In this document: positions 1-15,400 of the stretch, piece by piece
Numbering within the stretch: the first letter of the stretch is position 1
Layout of the letters: every line of letters begins with the position of its first letter
NCBI RefSeq assembly: GCF_009914755.1
Contig: NC_060933.1
From: the human T2T-CHM13v2.0 reference genome, Homo sapiens
Strand: one strand, 5' to 3'
DNA length: 64,000 nt
Notes under the pieces: generated by a model
Told to the model about the DNA's origin: nothing
Database searches by the model: none
Seen by the model: only the letters and a program-made list of their open reading frames with translations
Program-made: the position numbers and the translations under genes

Positions 1-1586
1 GGACTAGAAAGGAGTGGAATGGAGTGGAATGGAATGGAATGGAATGGAATGCAATGGAATGGTATGGAATGGAATGGAATGGTACGGAATAGAATGGAAT
101 GGAAGGAATTGTAATGGAATGGAATTCAATGGAATGGAATGGAATGGAATGGAATCAACGCGAGTGCAGGGGAATGTAATGGAACGGAATGCAATGGAAT
201 GGAATCATCCGGAATGGAATGGAATGGAATGGAATGGAATGGAATCAACCCGAGTGCAATGGAATGGAGAGGAATGGAATGGAATGGAAAGAAAATACCC
301 GAATGGAATGGAATGTAATGGAGTGTAAGGGAATTGAATAGAATCAATCCGAATGGAATGGAATGGAATGGAACGGAATGTAATGGAATGGAATTTAATG
401 GAATCAACCCGAGTGCAGGGGAATGGAATGGAATGGAATGCAATGGAATGGAGTCATCCGGAATGGAATGGAATGGAATGCAATGGAATGGAATCAACCC
501 GAGTACAATGGAATGGAATGGAATGGAATGGAATGGAATGGAATGGAATGGAATGCCTTCAAACCTAATGGAATGGAAAGGAATGGAATCAACACGAGTG
601 GAATGGAATGGAATGGAATGGAATGGAATGGAATGGAGTGGAATGGACTGGAATGGAATGGAATGGAATGGAATGGAATGATACGGAATAGAATAGAATG
701 GAACGAAATGGAATGGAATGGAATGGAATGGAATGGAATGGAATGGAATGGAATGAAATGGAATGGAATGGAATGGAATGGAATCAACCCGAGTGCAGGG
801 GAATGGAATGGAATGGAATGCAATGGAATGGAATGGAATGGAATGGAATGGAATGGAATGGAATGGAATCAACCCGAGTGGAATGGCATGGAATGGAATG
901 CAATGGAATGGAATGGAATGGAATCAACTCGAGTGGAAAGGAATGGAATGGAATGGAAAGGAATGGAATGAAGTCAACTCGAGTGGAATGGAATGGAATG
1001 GAATGGATTGGAATGGATTGCAATGGAATGAAATGGAATGGAATGGAATGGAATCAATCATTCCGAGTTGAATGGAAGGGAATGTAATGGAGTGGAAAGA
1101 AGGGAATGGAATCAACCCGAGTGGAATGCAAGGCAATGGAATGGAATGGAAAGGAATGGAATGGAATCAACTCGATTGCAATGGAAAGGAAAGGAATGGA
1201 ATGGAATGGAAAGGAATGGAATGGAATGAAATGGAATGGAATGGAATGCAATGGAATGGAATCAACCCGAATGCAATCGAATGGAATCGAATGGAATGGA
1301 ATGCAATGGAATGGATTCAACTTGAATGGAATGGAAAGAATGGAATCAACACGAGTGGAATGGCATGGATTGGAATGGAATGGAATGGAATCAACCCGAG
1401 TACAGGGGAATGGAATGGAATTGAATGCAATGGAATGGAATCATCCGTAATGGAATGGAATGGAATGGAATGGAATTGAATGGAATGGAACGGAACGGAA
1501 CGGAATGGAATGGAATGGAATGGAATGGAATGGAATGGAATCAAAGCGAGTGCAGGGGAATGGAATGGAATGGAATGCAATGGAAT

Positions 1587-1601
1587 GGAATCTTCCGGAA
1601 T
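1587..1601. promoter_or_regulatory. Canonical heat-shock element nGAAnnTTCnnGAAn (first of ~38-40 copies in the window)
   Basis: GGAATCTTCCGGAAT reads gGAAt-cTTCc-gGAAt. It also occurs at ~3270, 3933, 4562, 6993, 7916, 9589, 11152, 11995, 12889, 13643, 13917, 15900, 18275, 19823, 20661, 22374, 23217, 24055, 26447, 27980, 29932, 31280, 33307, 34969, 35777, 37525, 49128, 52050, 53777, 56791, 58354, 59192, 60895, 61738 and 62576. The motif match is direct; function is inferred. Confidence 0.6.
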
Positions 1602-4600
1602 GGAATGGAATTGAATGCAATGGAATGAAATGCAATGGATTCAACTCGATTGCAATGGAATGGAATAGAATGGAATGGAATGGAATGGAATGGAATTAAT
1701 CTGAATAGAATGGAATGGAATGGAATGGAACGGAATGGAACCGAATGGAATGGAATGGAATGGAATGGATTGGAATGGTATGGAATGGAATGGAATGGTA
1801 CGGAATAGAATGGAATGGAACGAACTGTAATGGAATGGGATTGAATGGAATGGAATGGAATGGAATGGAATCAACGCGAGAGCAGGGGAATGTAATGGAA
1901 CGGAATGCAATGGAATGGAATCATCCGGAATGGAATGGAATGGAAAGGAATTGAATGGAATGGAATCAACCCGAGTGAAATGGAATGGAATGGAATGGAA
2001 TGGAATGGAATGGAACAACCCGAATGGAATGGAATGTAATGGAGAGTAAAGGAGTTGAATAGAATGAATCCGAATGTAATGGAATGGAATGCAACGGAAT
2101 GGAATGGAATGGAATGGAATGGAATGCAATGGAATGGAATCAACCCGAGTACAATGGAATGGAATGGAATGGAATGGAATCGTTCCGAGTGGAATAGGAG
2201 GGAATGTATTCGAGTGGAATGGAAAGGAATGGAATCAACCAGATTGGAATGGAAGGGAATGGAATGGAATGGAAAATAATAGAATGGAATCAACCCGAGT
2301 GGAGTGGAATGGAAAGGACTGGAATGGAATGGAATGGAATGGAATCAACTCGATTGTAATGGAATGGAATGGAATGGAATGGAATGGAATGGAATGGAAT
2401 TAACCCGAATACAATGGAATGGAATGGAATGGAACAGAATGGAGTGGAATGGAATGGAATCAACCCGAGTGCAGGGGATTAGAATGGTATGGAATGCAAC
2501 GGAATGGAATCATCCGGAATGGAATGGAATGGAATGGAATGCAAAGCAATGGAATCAACTCGATTGCAATGGAATGGAATGGAATGGAAAGGAATACATT
2601 GGAATCAACCCGAGTGGAATGGAATGGAAAGGAGTGGAATGGAGTGGAATGGAATGGAATGGAATGGAATGGAATCAACTCGATTGGAATGGAATGGAAT
2701 GGAATGGAATGGAATGGAATTAACCCGAAGAGAATGGAGTGGAATGGAATGTAACGGAACGGAATGGAATGGAATGGAATGGAATGGAATGGAATGGAAT
2801 GGAATCAACCCGACTGCAGGGGAATGGAATGGAATGGAATGCAATGGAATGGATTCAACTTGAATGGAATGGAAAGAATGGAATCAACACGAGTGGAATG
2901 GCATGGATTGGAATGGAATGGAATAGAATCAACCCGATTACAGGGGAATGGAATGGAATGGAATGCAATGGAATGGAATCATCCGTAATGGAATGGAAAG
3001 GAATATAATGGAATGGAATGGAATGGAATGGAATGGAATGGAATCAACTCGATTGCAATCAAATGGAATGGAATGGAATTAAACCGAATAGAATGGAATG
3101 GATTGGAATGGAATGGAACGGAACGGAATGGAATGGATTGGAATGGAATGGAATGGAATGGAATGTAACGGAAAGGGATGGAATGGAATGGAATGGAATG
3201 GAATGGAATGGAATGGAATGGAATCAACGCGAGTGCAGGGGAATGGAATGGAATGGAATGCAATGGAATGGAATCTTCCGGAATGGAATGGAATGGAATG
3301 GAATGGAATGGAATAAACCCGAGTGCAATGGAATGGAATGGAATGGAATGGAATGGAATGGAACAACCCGAATGGAATGGAATGGAATGGAGAGTAAGGG
3401 AGTTGAATAGAATGAATCCGAATGTAATGGAATGGAATGGAAGGGAATGGAATGGAATGGAATGGAATGGAATGGAATGGAATGGAATGCAATGGAATGG
3501 AATCAATCCGAGTGCAATCGAATGGAATCGAATGGAATGGAATGCAATGGAATGGATTCAACTTGAATGGAATGGAAAGAATGGAATCAACACGAGTGGA
3601 ATGGCATGGATTGGAATAGAATGGAATGGAATCAAGCCGAGTACAGGGGAATGGAATGGAATGGAATGCAATGGAATGGAATCATCCGTAATGGAATGGA
3701 AAGGAATGGAATGGAATGGAATGGAATGGAATGGAATGGAATCAACTCGATTGCAATCGAATGGAATGGAATGGAATTAACCCGAATAGAATGGAATGGA
3801 ATGGAATGTAACGGAACGGAATGGAATGGAATGGAATGGAACGGAATGGAACGGAATGGAATGGAATGGAATGGAATGGAATGGAATCAACGCGAGTGCA
3901 GGGGAATGGAATGGAATGGAATGCAATGGAATGGAATCTTCCGGAATGGAATGGAATGGAATGAAATGCAATGGATTCAACTCGATTGCAATGGAATGGA
4001 ATAGAATGGAATGGAATGGAATGGAATGGAATGGAATGGAATGGAATGGAATTAACCCGAATGGAATGGAATGGAATGGAATGGAACGGAATGGAACGGA
4101 ATGGAATGGAATGGAATGCAATGGAATGGTATGGAATGGAATGGAATGGTATGGAATAGAATGGAATGGAACGAATTGTAATGGAACGGAATGGAATGGA
4201 ATGGAATGGAATGGAATGGAATCAACGCGAGTTTAGGGGAATGTAATGGAACGGAATGCAATGGAATGGAATCATCCGTAATGGAATGGAATGGAATGGA
4301 ATGGAATGGAATCAACCCGAGAGCAATGGAATGGAGTGGAATGGAATGGAATGGAATGGAACAACCCGAATGGAATGGAATGTAATGGAGAGTAAGGGGG
4401 TTGAATAGAATCAATCCGAATGTAATGGAATGGAATGCAACGGAATGGAATGGAATGTAGTGGAATGGAATGCAATGGAATGGAATCAACCCGAGTACAA
4501 TGAAATGGAATGGAATGGAATGGAATGGAATGGAATGGAATGGAATGGAATGCAATGGAATGGAATCTTCCGGAATAGAATGGAATGGAATGGAATGGAA

Positions 4601-7600
4601 TGGAATGCAATGCAATGCATTCAACTCGATTGCCATGGAATGGAATAGAATGGAATGGAATGGAATGGAATGGAATGGAACGGAACGGAAAGGAAAGGAA
4701 GGGAATGGAATGGAATAGAATGGAATGGAATGGAATGGAATGGAATGGAATTAAACCGAATAGAATGGAATGGAATGGAATGGAAAGGACTGGAATGGAA
4801 TGGAATGGAATGGAATGGAATGGAATCAACTCGATTGTAATGGAATGGAATGGAATGGAATGGAATGGAATGGAATGGAATGGAATGTAATTAACCCGAA
4901 TACAATGGAATGGAATGGAATGGAACGGAATGGAGTGGAATGGAATGGAATCAACCCGAGTGCAGGGGAATGGAATGGAATGGAATGCAATGGAATGGAA
5001 TCATCCGGAATGGAATGGAATGGAATGGAATGCAAAGCAATGGAATCAACTCGATTTCAATGGAATGGAATGGAATGGAAAGGAATACATTGGAATCAAC
5101 CCGAGTGGAATGGAATGGAAAGGACTGGAATGGAATGGAATGGAATGGAATGGAATGGAATGGAATGGAATGGAATCAACTCGATTGGAATGGAATGGAA
5201 TGGAATGGAATGGAATTAACCCGAATAGAATGGAATGGAATGGAATGGAACGGAACGGAACAGAATGGAATGGAATGGAATGGAATGGAATGGAATGGAA
5301 TGGAATCAACCCGACTGCAGGGGAATGGAATGGAATGGAATGCAATGGAATGCATTCAACTTGAATGGAATGGAAAGAATGGAATCAACACGAGTGGAAT
5401 GGCATGGATTGGAATGGAATGGAATGGAATCAACCCGAGTAGAGGGGAATGGAATGGAATGGAATTCAATGGAATGGAATCATCCGTAATGGAATGGAAA
5501 GGAATGGAATGGAATGGAATTAACCCGAATAGAATGGAATGGAATGGAATGGAACAGAATGGAACGGAAAGGAATGGAATGGAATGGAATGGAATGGAAT
5601 GGAATGGTATGGAATGGAATGGAATGGTACGGAATAGAATGGAATGGAACGAATTGTAATGGAATGGAACTGAATGGAATGGAATGGAATGGAATGGAAT
5701 CAACGCGAGTGCAGGGGAATGTAATGGAACGGAATGCAATGGAATGGAATCATCCGGAATGGAATGGAATGGAATGGAATGGAATGGAATGGAATCAACC
5801 CGAGTGCAATGGAATGGAGTGGAATGGAATGGAATGGAATGGAACAACCCGAATGGAATGGAATGTAATGGAGAGTAAGGGAGTTGAATAGAATCAATCC
5901 GAATGTAATGGAATGGAATGCAACGGAACGGAATGGAATGGAATGGAATGGAATGCAATGGAATGGAATCAACCCGAGTACAATGGAATGGAATGGAACG
6001 GAATGGAATTGAATGGAATGGAATGGAATGGAATGCAATGGAATGGAATCAACCCGAGTGCAATGGAATGGAGAGGAATGGAATGGAATGCAATGGAAAC
6101 TACCCGAATGGAATGGAATGTAATGGAGTGTAAGGGAATTGAATAGAATCAATCCGAATGTAATGGAATGGAATGGAACGCAACGGAATGGAATGGAATG
6201 GAATGGAATGGAACGGAAAGGAATGGAATGGAATGGAATGGAATGGAATGGAATGGAATGGAATGGAATGGAATCAACGCGAGTGCAGGGGAATGGAATG
6301 GAATGGAATGCAATGGAATGCAATCTTCCGGAATGGAATGGAATTGAATGGAATGGAATGGAATGGAATGGAATAAACCCGAGTGCAATGGAATGGAGTG
6401 GAATGGAATGGAATGGAATGGAACAACCCGAATGGAATGGAATGTAATGGAGACACAGGGAGTTGAATAGAATCAATCCGAATGTAATGGAATGGAATGG
6501 AACGGAATGGAATTGAATGGAATGGAATGGGATGCAATGGAATGGAATCAACCCGAGTGCAATCGAATGGAATCGAATGGAATGGAATGCAATGGAATGG
6601 ATTCAATTTGAATGGAAAGGAAAGAATGGAATCAACACGAGTGGAAGGGCATGGATTGGAATGCAATGGAATGGAATCAACCCGAGTACAGGGGAATGGA
6701 ATGGAATGGAATGCAATGGAATGGAATCATCCGTAATGGAATGGAAAGGAATGGAATGGAATGGAATGGAATGGAATGGAATGGAATGGAATCAACACGA
6801 TTGCAATCGAATGGAATGGAATGGAATTAACCCGAATAGACTGGAATGGAATGGAATGGAACGGAACGTAATGGAATGGAATGGAATGCAATGGAATGGA
6901 ATGGAACGGAACGGAATGGAATGGAATGGAATGGAATGGAATGGAATCAACGCGAGTGCAGGGGAATGGAATGGAATGGAATGCAATGGAATGGAATCTT
7001 CCGGAATGGAATGGAATGGAATGGAATGGAATGGAATGAAATGCAATGGATTCAACTTGATTGCAATGGAATGGAATAGAATTGAATGGAATGGAATGGA
7101 GTGGAATTAATCCGAATAGAATGGAATGGAATGGAATGGAACAGAATGGAACGGAATGGAATGGAATGGAATGGAATGGAATGGAATGGAATGGAATGGT
7201 ATGGAATGAAACGGAATGCTACGGAATAGAATGGAATAGAACGAATTGTAATGGAATGGAATTGAATGGAATGGAATGGAATGGAATGGAATGGAATCAA
7301 CGCGAGTGCAGGGGAATGTAATGGAACGGAATGCAATGGAATGGAATCATCCGGAATGGAATGGAATGGAATGGAATGGAGTGGAATCAACCCGAGTGCA
7401 ATGGAATGGAGTGGAATGGAATGGAATGAATGGAACAACCCGAATGGAATGGAATGAAATGGAGAGTAAGGGAGTTGAATAGAATCAATCCGAATGTAAT
7501 GGAATGGAATGAAACGGAGTGGAATGGAATGGAATGGAATTGAATGCAATGGAATGGAATCAACCTGAGTACAATGGAATGGAATGGAATGGAATGGAAT

Positions 7601-8399
7601 GGAATGGAATGGATTGGAATACCTTCAAACCGAATGGAATGGAAAGGAATGGAATCAACACGAGTGGAATGGAATGGAATGGAATGGAATGGAATGGCAT
7701 GGAATGGAATGGAAAGATAAGGAATAGAATGGAATGGAACGAAATGGAATGGAATGGAATGGAATGGAATGGAATGGAACGGAACGGAATGGAATGGAGA
7801 GGAAGGGAACGGAACGGAATGGAATGGAATGGAATGGAATGGAATGGAATGGAATGGAATGGAATGGAATCACCTCGAGTGCAGGGGAATGGAATGGAAT
7901 GGAATGCAATGGAATGGAATCTTCCGGAATGGAATGGAATGGAATGGAATGGAATGGAATGGAATGGAATGAAATGCAATGGATTCAACTCGATTGCAAT
8001 GGAATGGAATACAATGGAATGGAATGGACTGGAATGGAATTAATCCGAATAGAATGGAATGGAATGGAATGGAATGGAATGGAATGGAATGGAATGGAAT
8101 GGTATGGAAAGGAATGGAATGGTACGGAATAGAATGTAATGGAACGGAATGCAATGGAATGGAATCATCCGGAATGGAATGGAATGGAATGGAATCAACC
8201 AGAGTGCAATGGAAAGGAGTGGAATGGAATGGAATGGAATGGAACAACCCGAATGGAATGGAATGTAATGGAGAGTAAGGGAGTTTAATAGAATCAATCC
8301 GAATGTAATGGAATGGAATGCAACGGAATGGAGTGGAATGGAATGAAATGGAATGCAATGGAATGGAATCAACCGGAGTACAATGGAATGGAATGGAAT

Positions 8400-11300
8400 G
8401 GAATGGAATGGAATGGAATGGAATGGAATGATACGGAATGGAATGGAATGGAACGAAATGGCATGGAATGGAATGGAATGGAATGGAATGGAATGGAATC
8501 GTTCCGAGGGGAATAGGAGGGAATGTACTCGAGTGGAATGGAAAGGAATGGAATCAACCAGAGTGGAATGGAAGGGAATGGAATGGAATGGAAACTAATA
8601 GAATGGAATCAACCCGAGTGGAATGGAATGGAAAGGACTGGAATGGAATGGAATGGAATGGAATGGAATCAACTCGATTGTAATGGAATGGAATGGAATG
8701 GAATGGAATGGAATGGAATAGAATTAACCCGAATACAATGGAATGGAATGGAATGGAACGGAATGGAGTGGAATGGAATGGAATCAACCCGAGTGCAGGG
8801 GAATGGAATGGAATGGAATGCAATGGAATGGAATCATCCGGAATGGAATGGAATGGAATGGAATGCAAAGCAATGGAATCAACTCGATTGCAATGGAATG
8901 GAATGGAATGGAAAGGAATACATTGGAATCAACACGAGTGGAATGGAATGGAAAGGACTGGAATGGAGTGGAATGGAATGGAATGGAATGGAATGGAATC
9001 AACTCGATTGGAATGGAATGGAATGGAATGGAATGGAATGGAATGGAATGGAATTAACCCGAATAGAATGGAATGGAATGGAATGGAACGGAACGGAATG
9101 GAATGGAATGGAATGGAATGGAATGGAATGGAATGGAAACAACCCGACTGCAGGGGAATGGAATGGAATGGAATGCAATGGAATGGATTCAACTTGAATG
9201 GAATGGAAAGAATGGAATCAACACGAGTGGAATGGCATGGATTGGAATGGAATGGAATGGAATCAACCCGAGTACAGGGGAATGGAATGGAATGGAATGC
9301 AATGGAATGGAATCATCCGTAATTGAATGGAAAGGAATGGAATGGAATGGAATGGAATGGAATGGAATCAACTCGATTGCAATCGAACGGAATGGAATGG
9401 AATTAACCCGAATAGAATGGAATGGAATGGAATGGAACGGAACGGAACGGAATGGAATGGATTGGAATGGAACGGAATGGAATGGAATGGAACGGAAAGG
9501 AATGGAATGGAATGGAATGGAATGGAATGGAATGGAATGGAATCAACGCAAGTGCAGGGGAATGGAATGGAACGGAATGCAATGGAATGGAATCTTCCGG
9601 AATGGAATGGAATGGAATGGAATGGAATGGAATAAAACCGAGTGCAATGGAATGGAGTGGAATGGAATGGAATGGAATGGAATAACCCGAATGGAATAGA
9701 ATGTAATGGAGAGTAAGGGAGTTGAATAGAATCAATCCGAATGTAATGGAATGGAATGGAACGGAATGGAATTGAATGGAATGGAATGGAATGCAATGGA
9801 ATGGAATCAACCCGAGTTCCTTGGAATGGAGAGGAATGGAATGGAATGGAATGGAAACTACCCGAATGGAATGGAATGTAATGGAGTGTAACGGAATTGA
9901 ATAGAATCAATCCGAATGTAATGGAATGGAATGGAACGGAATGGAATGGAATGGAATGGAATGGAATGGAATGGAATGGAATGGAATGGAATGATACGGA
10001 ATGGAATGGAATGGAACGAAATGGCATGGAATGGAATGGAATGGAATGGAATGGAATGGAATCGTTCCGAGGGGAATAGGAGGGAATGTATTCGAGTGGA
10101 ATGGAAAGGAATGGAATCAACCAGAGTGGAATGGAAGGGAATGGAATGGAATGGAAACTAATAGAATGGAATCAACCCGAGTGGAATGGAATGGAAAGGA
10201 CTGGAATGGAATGGAATGGAATGGAATCAACTCGATTGTAATGGAATGGAATGGAATGGAATGGAATGGAATGGAATGGAATAGAATTAACCCGAATACA
10301 ATGGAATGGAATGGAATGGAACGGAATGGAGTGGAATGGAATGGAATCAACCCGAGTGCAGGGGAATGGAATGGAATGGAATGCAATGGAATGGAATCAT
10401 CCGGAATGGAATGGAATGGAATGGAATGCAAAGCAATGGAATCAACTCGATTGCAATGGAATGGAATGGAATGGAAAGGAATAAATTGGTATCAACCCGA
10501 GTGGAATGGAATGGAAAGGACTGAAATGGAGTGGAATGGAATGGAATGGAATGGAATGGAATCAACTCGATTGGAATGGAATGGAATGGAATGGAATGGA
10601 ATGGAATGGAATGGAATTAACCCGAATAGAATGGAATGGAATGGAATGGAACGGAACGGAATGGAATGGAATGGATTGGAATGGAATGGAATGGAATGGA
10701 AACAACCCGACTGCAGGGGAATGGAATGGAATGGAATGCAATGGAATGGATTCAACTTGAATGGAATGGAAAGAATGGAATCAACACGAGTGGAATGGCA
10801 TGGATTGGAATGGAATGGAATGGAATCAACCCGAGTACAGGGGAATGGAATGGAATGGAATGCAATGGAATGGAATCATCCGTAATGGAATGGAAAGGAA
10901 TGGAATGGAATGGAATGGAATGGAATGGAATCAACTCGATTGCAATCGAACGGAATGGAATGGAATTAACCCGAATAGAATGGAATGGAATGGAATGGAA
11001 CGGAACGGAACGGAATGGAATGGATTGGAATGGAACGGAATGGAATGGAATGGAACGGAAAGGAATGGAATGGAATGGAATGGAATGGAATGGAATGGAA
11101 TGGAATCAACGCCAGTGCAGGGGAATGGAATGGAACGGAATGCAATGGAATGGAATCTTCCGGAATGGAATGGAATGGAATGGAATGGAATGGAATAAAC
11201 CCGAGTGCAATGGAATGGAGTGGAATGGAATGGAATGGAATGGAACAACCCGAATGGAATGGAATGTAATGGAGAGTAAGGGAGTTGAATAGAATCAATC

Positions 11301-11515
11301 CGAATGTAATGGAATGGAATGGAACGGAATGGAATTGAATGGAATGGAATGGAATGCAATGGAATGGAATCAACCCGAGTTCCTTGGAATGGAGAGGAAT
11401 GGAATGGAATGGAATGGAAACTACCCGAATGGAATGGAATGTAATGGAGTGTAACGGAATTGAATAGAATCAATCCGAATGTAATGGAATGGAATGGAAC
11501 GGAATGGAATGGAAT
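8400..11515 (+). repeat. Direct tandem duplication, two copies of a 1563 bp unit
   Basis: Constant offset of 1563 between landmarks (ATGATACGG 8428/9991; ORFs 8554/10117, 8784/10347, 9189/10752, 9403/10966). Shared rare variants: GTTCCGAGGGG, GAGTTCCTTGG, GTGTAACGGAATTG. Confidence 0.92.
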
Positions 11516-12489
11516 GGAATGGAATGGAATGGAATGCAATGGAATGGAATCAACCCGAGTGCAATCGAATGGAATCGAATGAAATGGAATGCAATGGAAT
11601 GGATTCAACTTCAATGGAATGGAAAGAATTGAATCAACACGAGTGGAATGGCATGGATTGGAATGGAATGGAATGGAATCAACCCGAGTACAGGGGAATG
11701 GAATGGAATGGAATGCAATGGAATGGAATCATCCGTAATGGAATGGAAGGGAATGGAATGGAATGGAATGGAATGGAATGGAATGGAATGGAATCAACTC
11801 GATTGCAATCGAATGGAATGGAATGGAATTAACCCGAATAGAATGGAATGGAATGGAATGGAACGGAACGGAATGGAATGGAATGGAATGGAATGGAAAG
11901 GAACGGAAAGGAAGGGAATGGAATGGAATAGAATGGAATGGAATGGAATAAACGCGAGTGCAGGGGAATGGCATGGAATGGAATGCAATGGAATGGAATC
12001 TTCCGGAATGGAATGGAATGGAATGGAATGGAATGGAATGGAATGGAATGGAATCAACCCGAGTGCAATGGAATGGAGTGGAATGGAATGGAATGGAATG
12101 GAACAACCCGAATGGAATGGAATGTAATGGAGAGTAAGGGAGTTGAATAGAATCAATCCGAATGTAATGGAATGGAATGGAACGGAATGGAATTGAATGG
12201 AATGGAATGGAATGCAATGGAATGGAATCAACCCGAGTGCAATGGAATGGAGAGGAATGGAATGGAATGGAATGGAAACAACCCGAATGGAATGGAATGT
12301 AATGGAGTGTAAGGGAATTGAATAGAATCAATCCGAATGTAATGGAAAGGAATGGAACGGAATGGAATGGAATGGAATGGAATCAACCCGAGTGCAATCA
12401 AATGGAATGGAATGGAATGGAATGCAATGGAACTGAATCAACCCGAGTACAATGGAATGGAATGGAATGGAATGGAATGGAATGGAATG

Positions 12490-13810
12490 GAATGGAATGA
12501 TACGGAATAGAATGGAATGGAACGAAATGGAATGGAATGGAATGGAATGGAATGGAATGGAATGGAATGGAATCGTTCCGAGTGGAATAGGAGGGAATGT
12601 ATTCGAGTGGAATGGAAAGGAATGGAATCAACCAGAGTGGAATGGAAGGGAATGGAATGGAATGGAAACTAATAGAATGGAATCAACCCGAGAGGAAAGG
12701 AATGGAAAAGAGTGGAATGGAATGGAATGGAATGGAATCAACTCGATTGTAATGGAATGGAATGGAATGGAATGGAATTAACCCGAATGGAATGGAATGG
12801 AATGGAATGGAATGGAAAGAAAAGGAAGGGAATGGAATGGAATAGAATGGAATGGAATGGAAACAACGCGAGTGCAGGGGAATGGAATGGAATCTTCCGG
12901 AATGGAATGGAATGGAATGGAATGGAATGGAATGGAATGGAATCAACCCGAGTGCAATGGAATGGAGTGGAATGGATTGGAATGGAATGGAACAACCCGA
13001 ATGGAATGGAATGTAATGGAGAGTAAGGGAGTTGAATAGAATGAATCCGAATGTAATGGAATGGAATGGAACGGAATGGAATTGAATGGAATGGAATGGA
13101 ATGGAATGGAATGGAATCAACCCGAGTTCAATGGAATGGAATGGAATGGAATGATACGGAATAGAATGGAATGGAACGAAATGGAATGGAATGGAATGGA
13201 ATGGAAGGGAATTGAATGGAATGGAATGATACGGAATAGAATGGAATGGAACGAAATGGAATGGAATGGAATGGAATGGAATGGAATGGAATGGAATGGA
13301 ATCGTTCCGAGTGGAATAGGAGGGAATGTATTCGAGTGGAATGGAAAGGAATGGAATCAACCAGAGTGGAATTGAAGGGAATGGAATGGAATGGAAACTA
13401 ATAGAATGGAATCAACCCGAGAGGAATGGAATGGAAAAGACTGGAATGGAATGGAATGGAATGGAATCAACTCGATTGTAATGGAATGGAATGGAATGGA
13501 ATGGAATTAACCCGAATAGAATGGAATGGAATGGAATGGAATGGAATGGAACGAAAAGGAAGGGAATGGAATGGAATAGAATGGAATGGAATGGAATCAA
13601 CGCGAGTGCAGGGGAATGGAATGGAATGGAATGCAATGGAATGGAATCTTCCGGAATGGAATGGAATGCAATGGAATGGAATGGAATGGAATGGAATCAA
13701 CCCGAGTGCAATGGAATGGAGTGGAATGGAATGGAATGGAATGGAACAACCCGAATGGAATGGAATGTAATGGAGAGTAAGGGAGTTGAATAGAATGAAT
13801 CCGAATGTAA
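12490..13810 (+). repeat. Local tandem duplication, ~730 bp unit, about two copies
   Basis: The GATACGG...CGTTCCGAGT...CAACCAGAG...CAACCCGAGAGG series repeats at an offset of ~729 (minus-strand ORF starts 12631/13360). The CAACCCGAGAGG variant occurs at ~12684 and ~13413. Confidence 0.75.
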
Positions 13811-14359
13811 TGGAATGGAAAGGAACGGAACGGAACGGAATGGAATGGAATGGAATGGAATGGAATGGAATCAACTCGAGTGCAGGGGAATGGATTGGAA
13901 TGGAATGCAATGGAATGGAATCTTCCGGAATGGAATGGAATGGAATGTAATGGAATGAAACGCAATGGGTTCAACTCGATTGCAATGGAATGGAATAGAA
14001 TGGAATGGAATGGAATGGAATGGAAGTAATTCGAATAGAATGGAATGGAATGTAATGGAACGGAATGGAACGGAATGGAATGGAATGGAATGGAATGGTA
14101 TGGAACAGAATGGAATGGTACGGAATAGAATGGAATGGAACGAATAGTAATGGAATGGAATTGAATGGAATGGAATGGAATGGAATGGAATCAACGCGAG
14201 TGCAGGGGAATGTAATGGAACGGAATGCAATGGAATGGAATCATCCGCAATGGAATGGAATGGAATGGAATGGAATGGAATGGAATGGAATGGAATCAAC
14301 CCGAGTGCAATGGAATGGAGTGGAATGGAATGGAATGGAATGGAATGGAATGGAATGGA

Positions 14360-15400
14360 ATGGAATCGTTCCGAGGGGAATAGGAGGGAATGTATTCGAG
14401 TGGAATGGAAAGGAATGGAATCATCCAGAGTGGAATGGAAGGGAATGGAATGGAATGGAAACTAATAGAATGGAATCAACCCGAGTGGAATGGAATGGAA
14501 GGGACTGGAATGGAATGGAATGGAATGGAATCAACTCGATTGTAATGGAATGGAATGGAATGGAATGGAATGGAATTAACCCGAATACAATGGAATGGAA
14601 TGGAATGGAACGGAATGGAGTGGAATGGAATGGAATCAACCCGAGTGCAGGGGAATGGAATGGAATGGAATGCAATGGAATGGAATCCTCCGGAATGGAA
14701 TGGAATGGAATGGAATGCAAAGCAATGGAATCAACTCGATTGCAATGGAATGGAATGGAATGGAAAGGAATACATTGGAATCAACCCGACTGGAATGGAA
14801 TGGAAAGGACTGGAATGGAGTGGAATGGAATGGAATGGAATGGAATGGAATCAACTCGATTGGAATGGAATTGAATGGAATGGAATGGAATGGAATGGAA
14901 TGGAATTAACCCGAATAGAATGGAATGGAATGTAATGGAACGGAACGGAATGGAATGGAATGGAATGGAATGGAATGGAATGGAATGGAAACAACCCGAC
15001 TGCAGGGGAATGCAATGGAATGGAATGCAATGGAATGGATTCAACTTGAATGGAATGGAAAGAATGGAATCAACACGAGTGGAATGGCATGGATTGGAAT
15101 GGAATGGAATGGAATCAACCCGAGTACAGGGGAATGGAATGGAATGGAATGCAATGGAATGGAATCATCCGTAATGGAATGGAAAGGAATGGAATGGAAT
15201 GGAATGGAATCAACTCGATTGCAATTGAACGGAATGGAATGGAATTAACCCGAATAGAATGGAATGGAATGGAATGGAACGGAACGAAACGGAATGGAAT
15301 GGATTGGAATGGAACGGAATGGAATGGAATGGAACGGAAAGGAATGGAATGGAATGGAATGGAATGGAATGGAATGGAATGGAATCAACGCAAGTGCAGG
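14360..15400 (+). repeat. Third, partial and displaced copy of the 1563 bp unit
   Basis: Carries GTTCCGAGGGG (~14368), GGAAACAACCCGACTGC (~14987), GAACGGAATGGAATGGAATTAACC and CAACGCAAGTGC (~15386) as in 8.5-9.55 kb. The ORF pair 8784/14636 has an offset of 5852. Confidence 0.75.
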
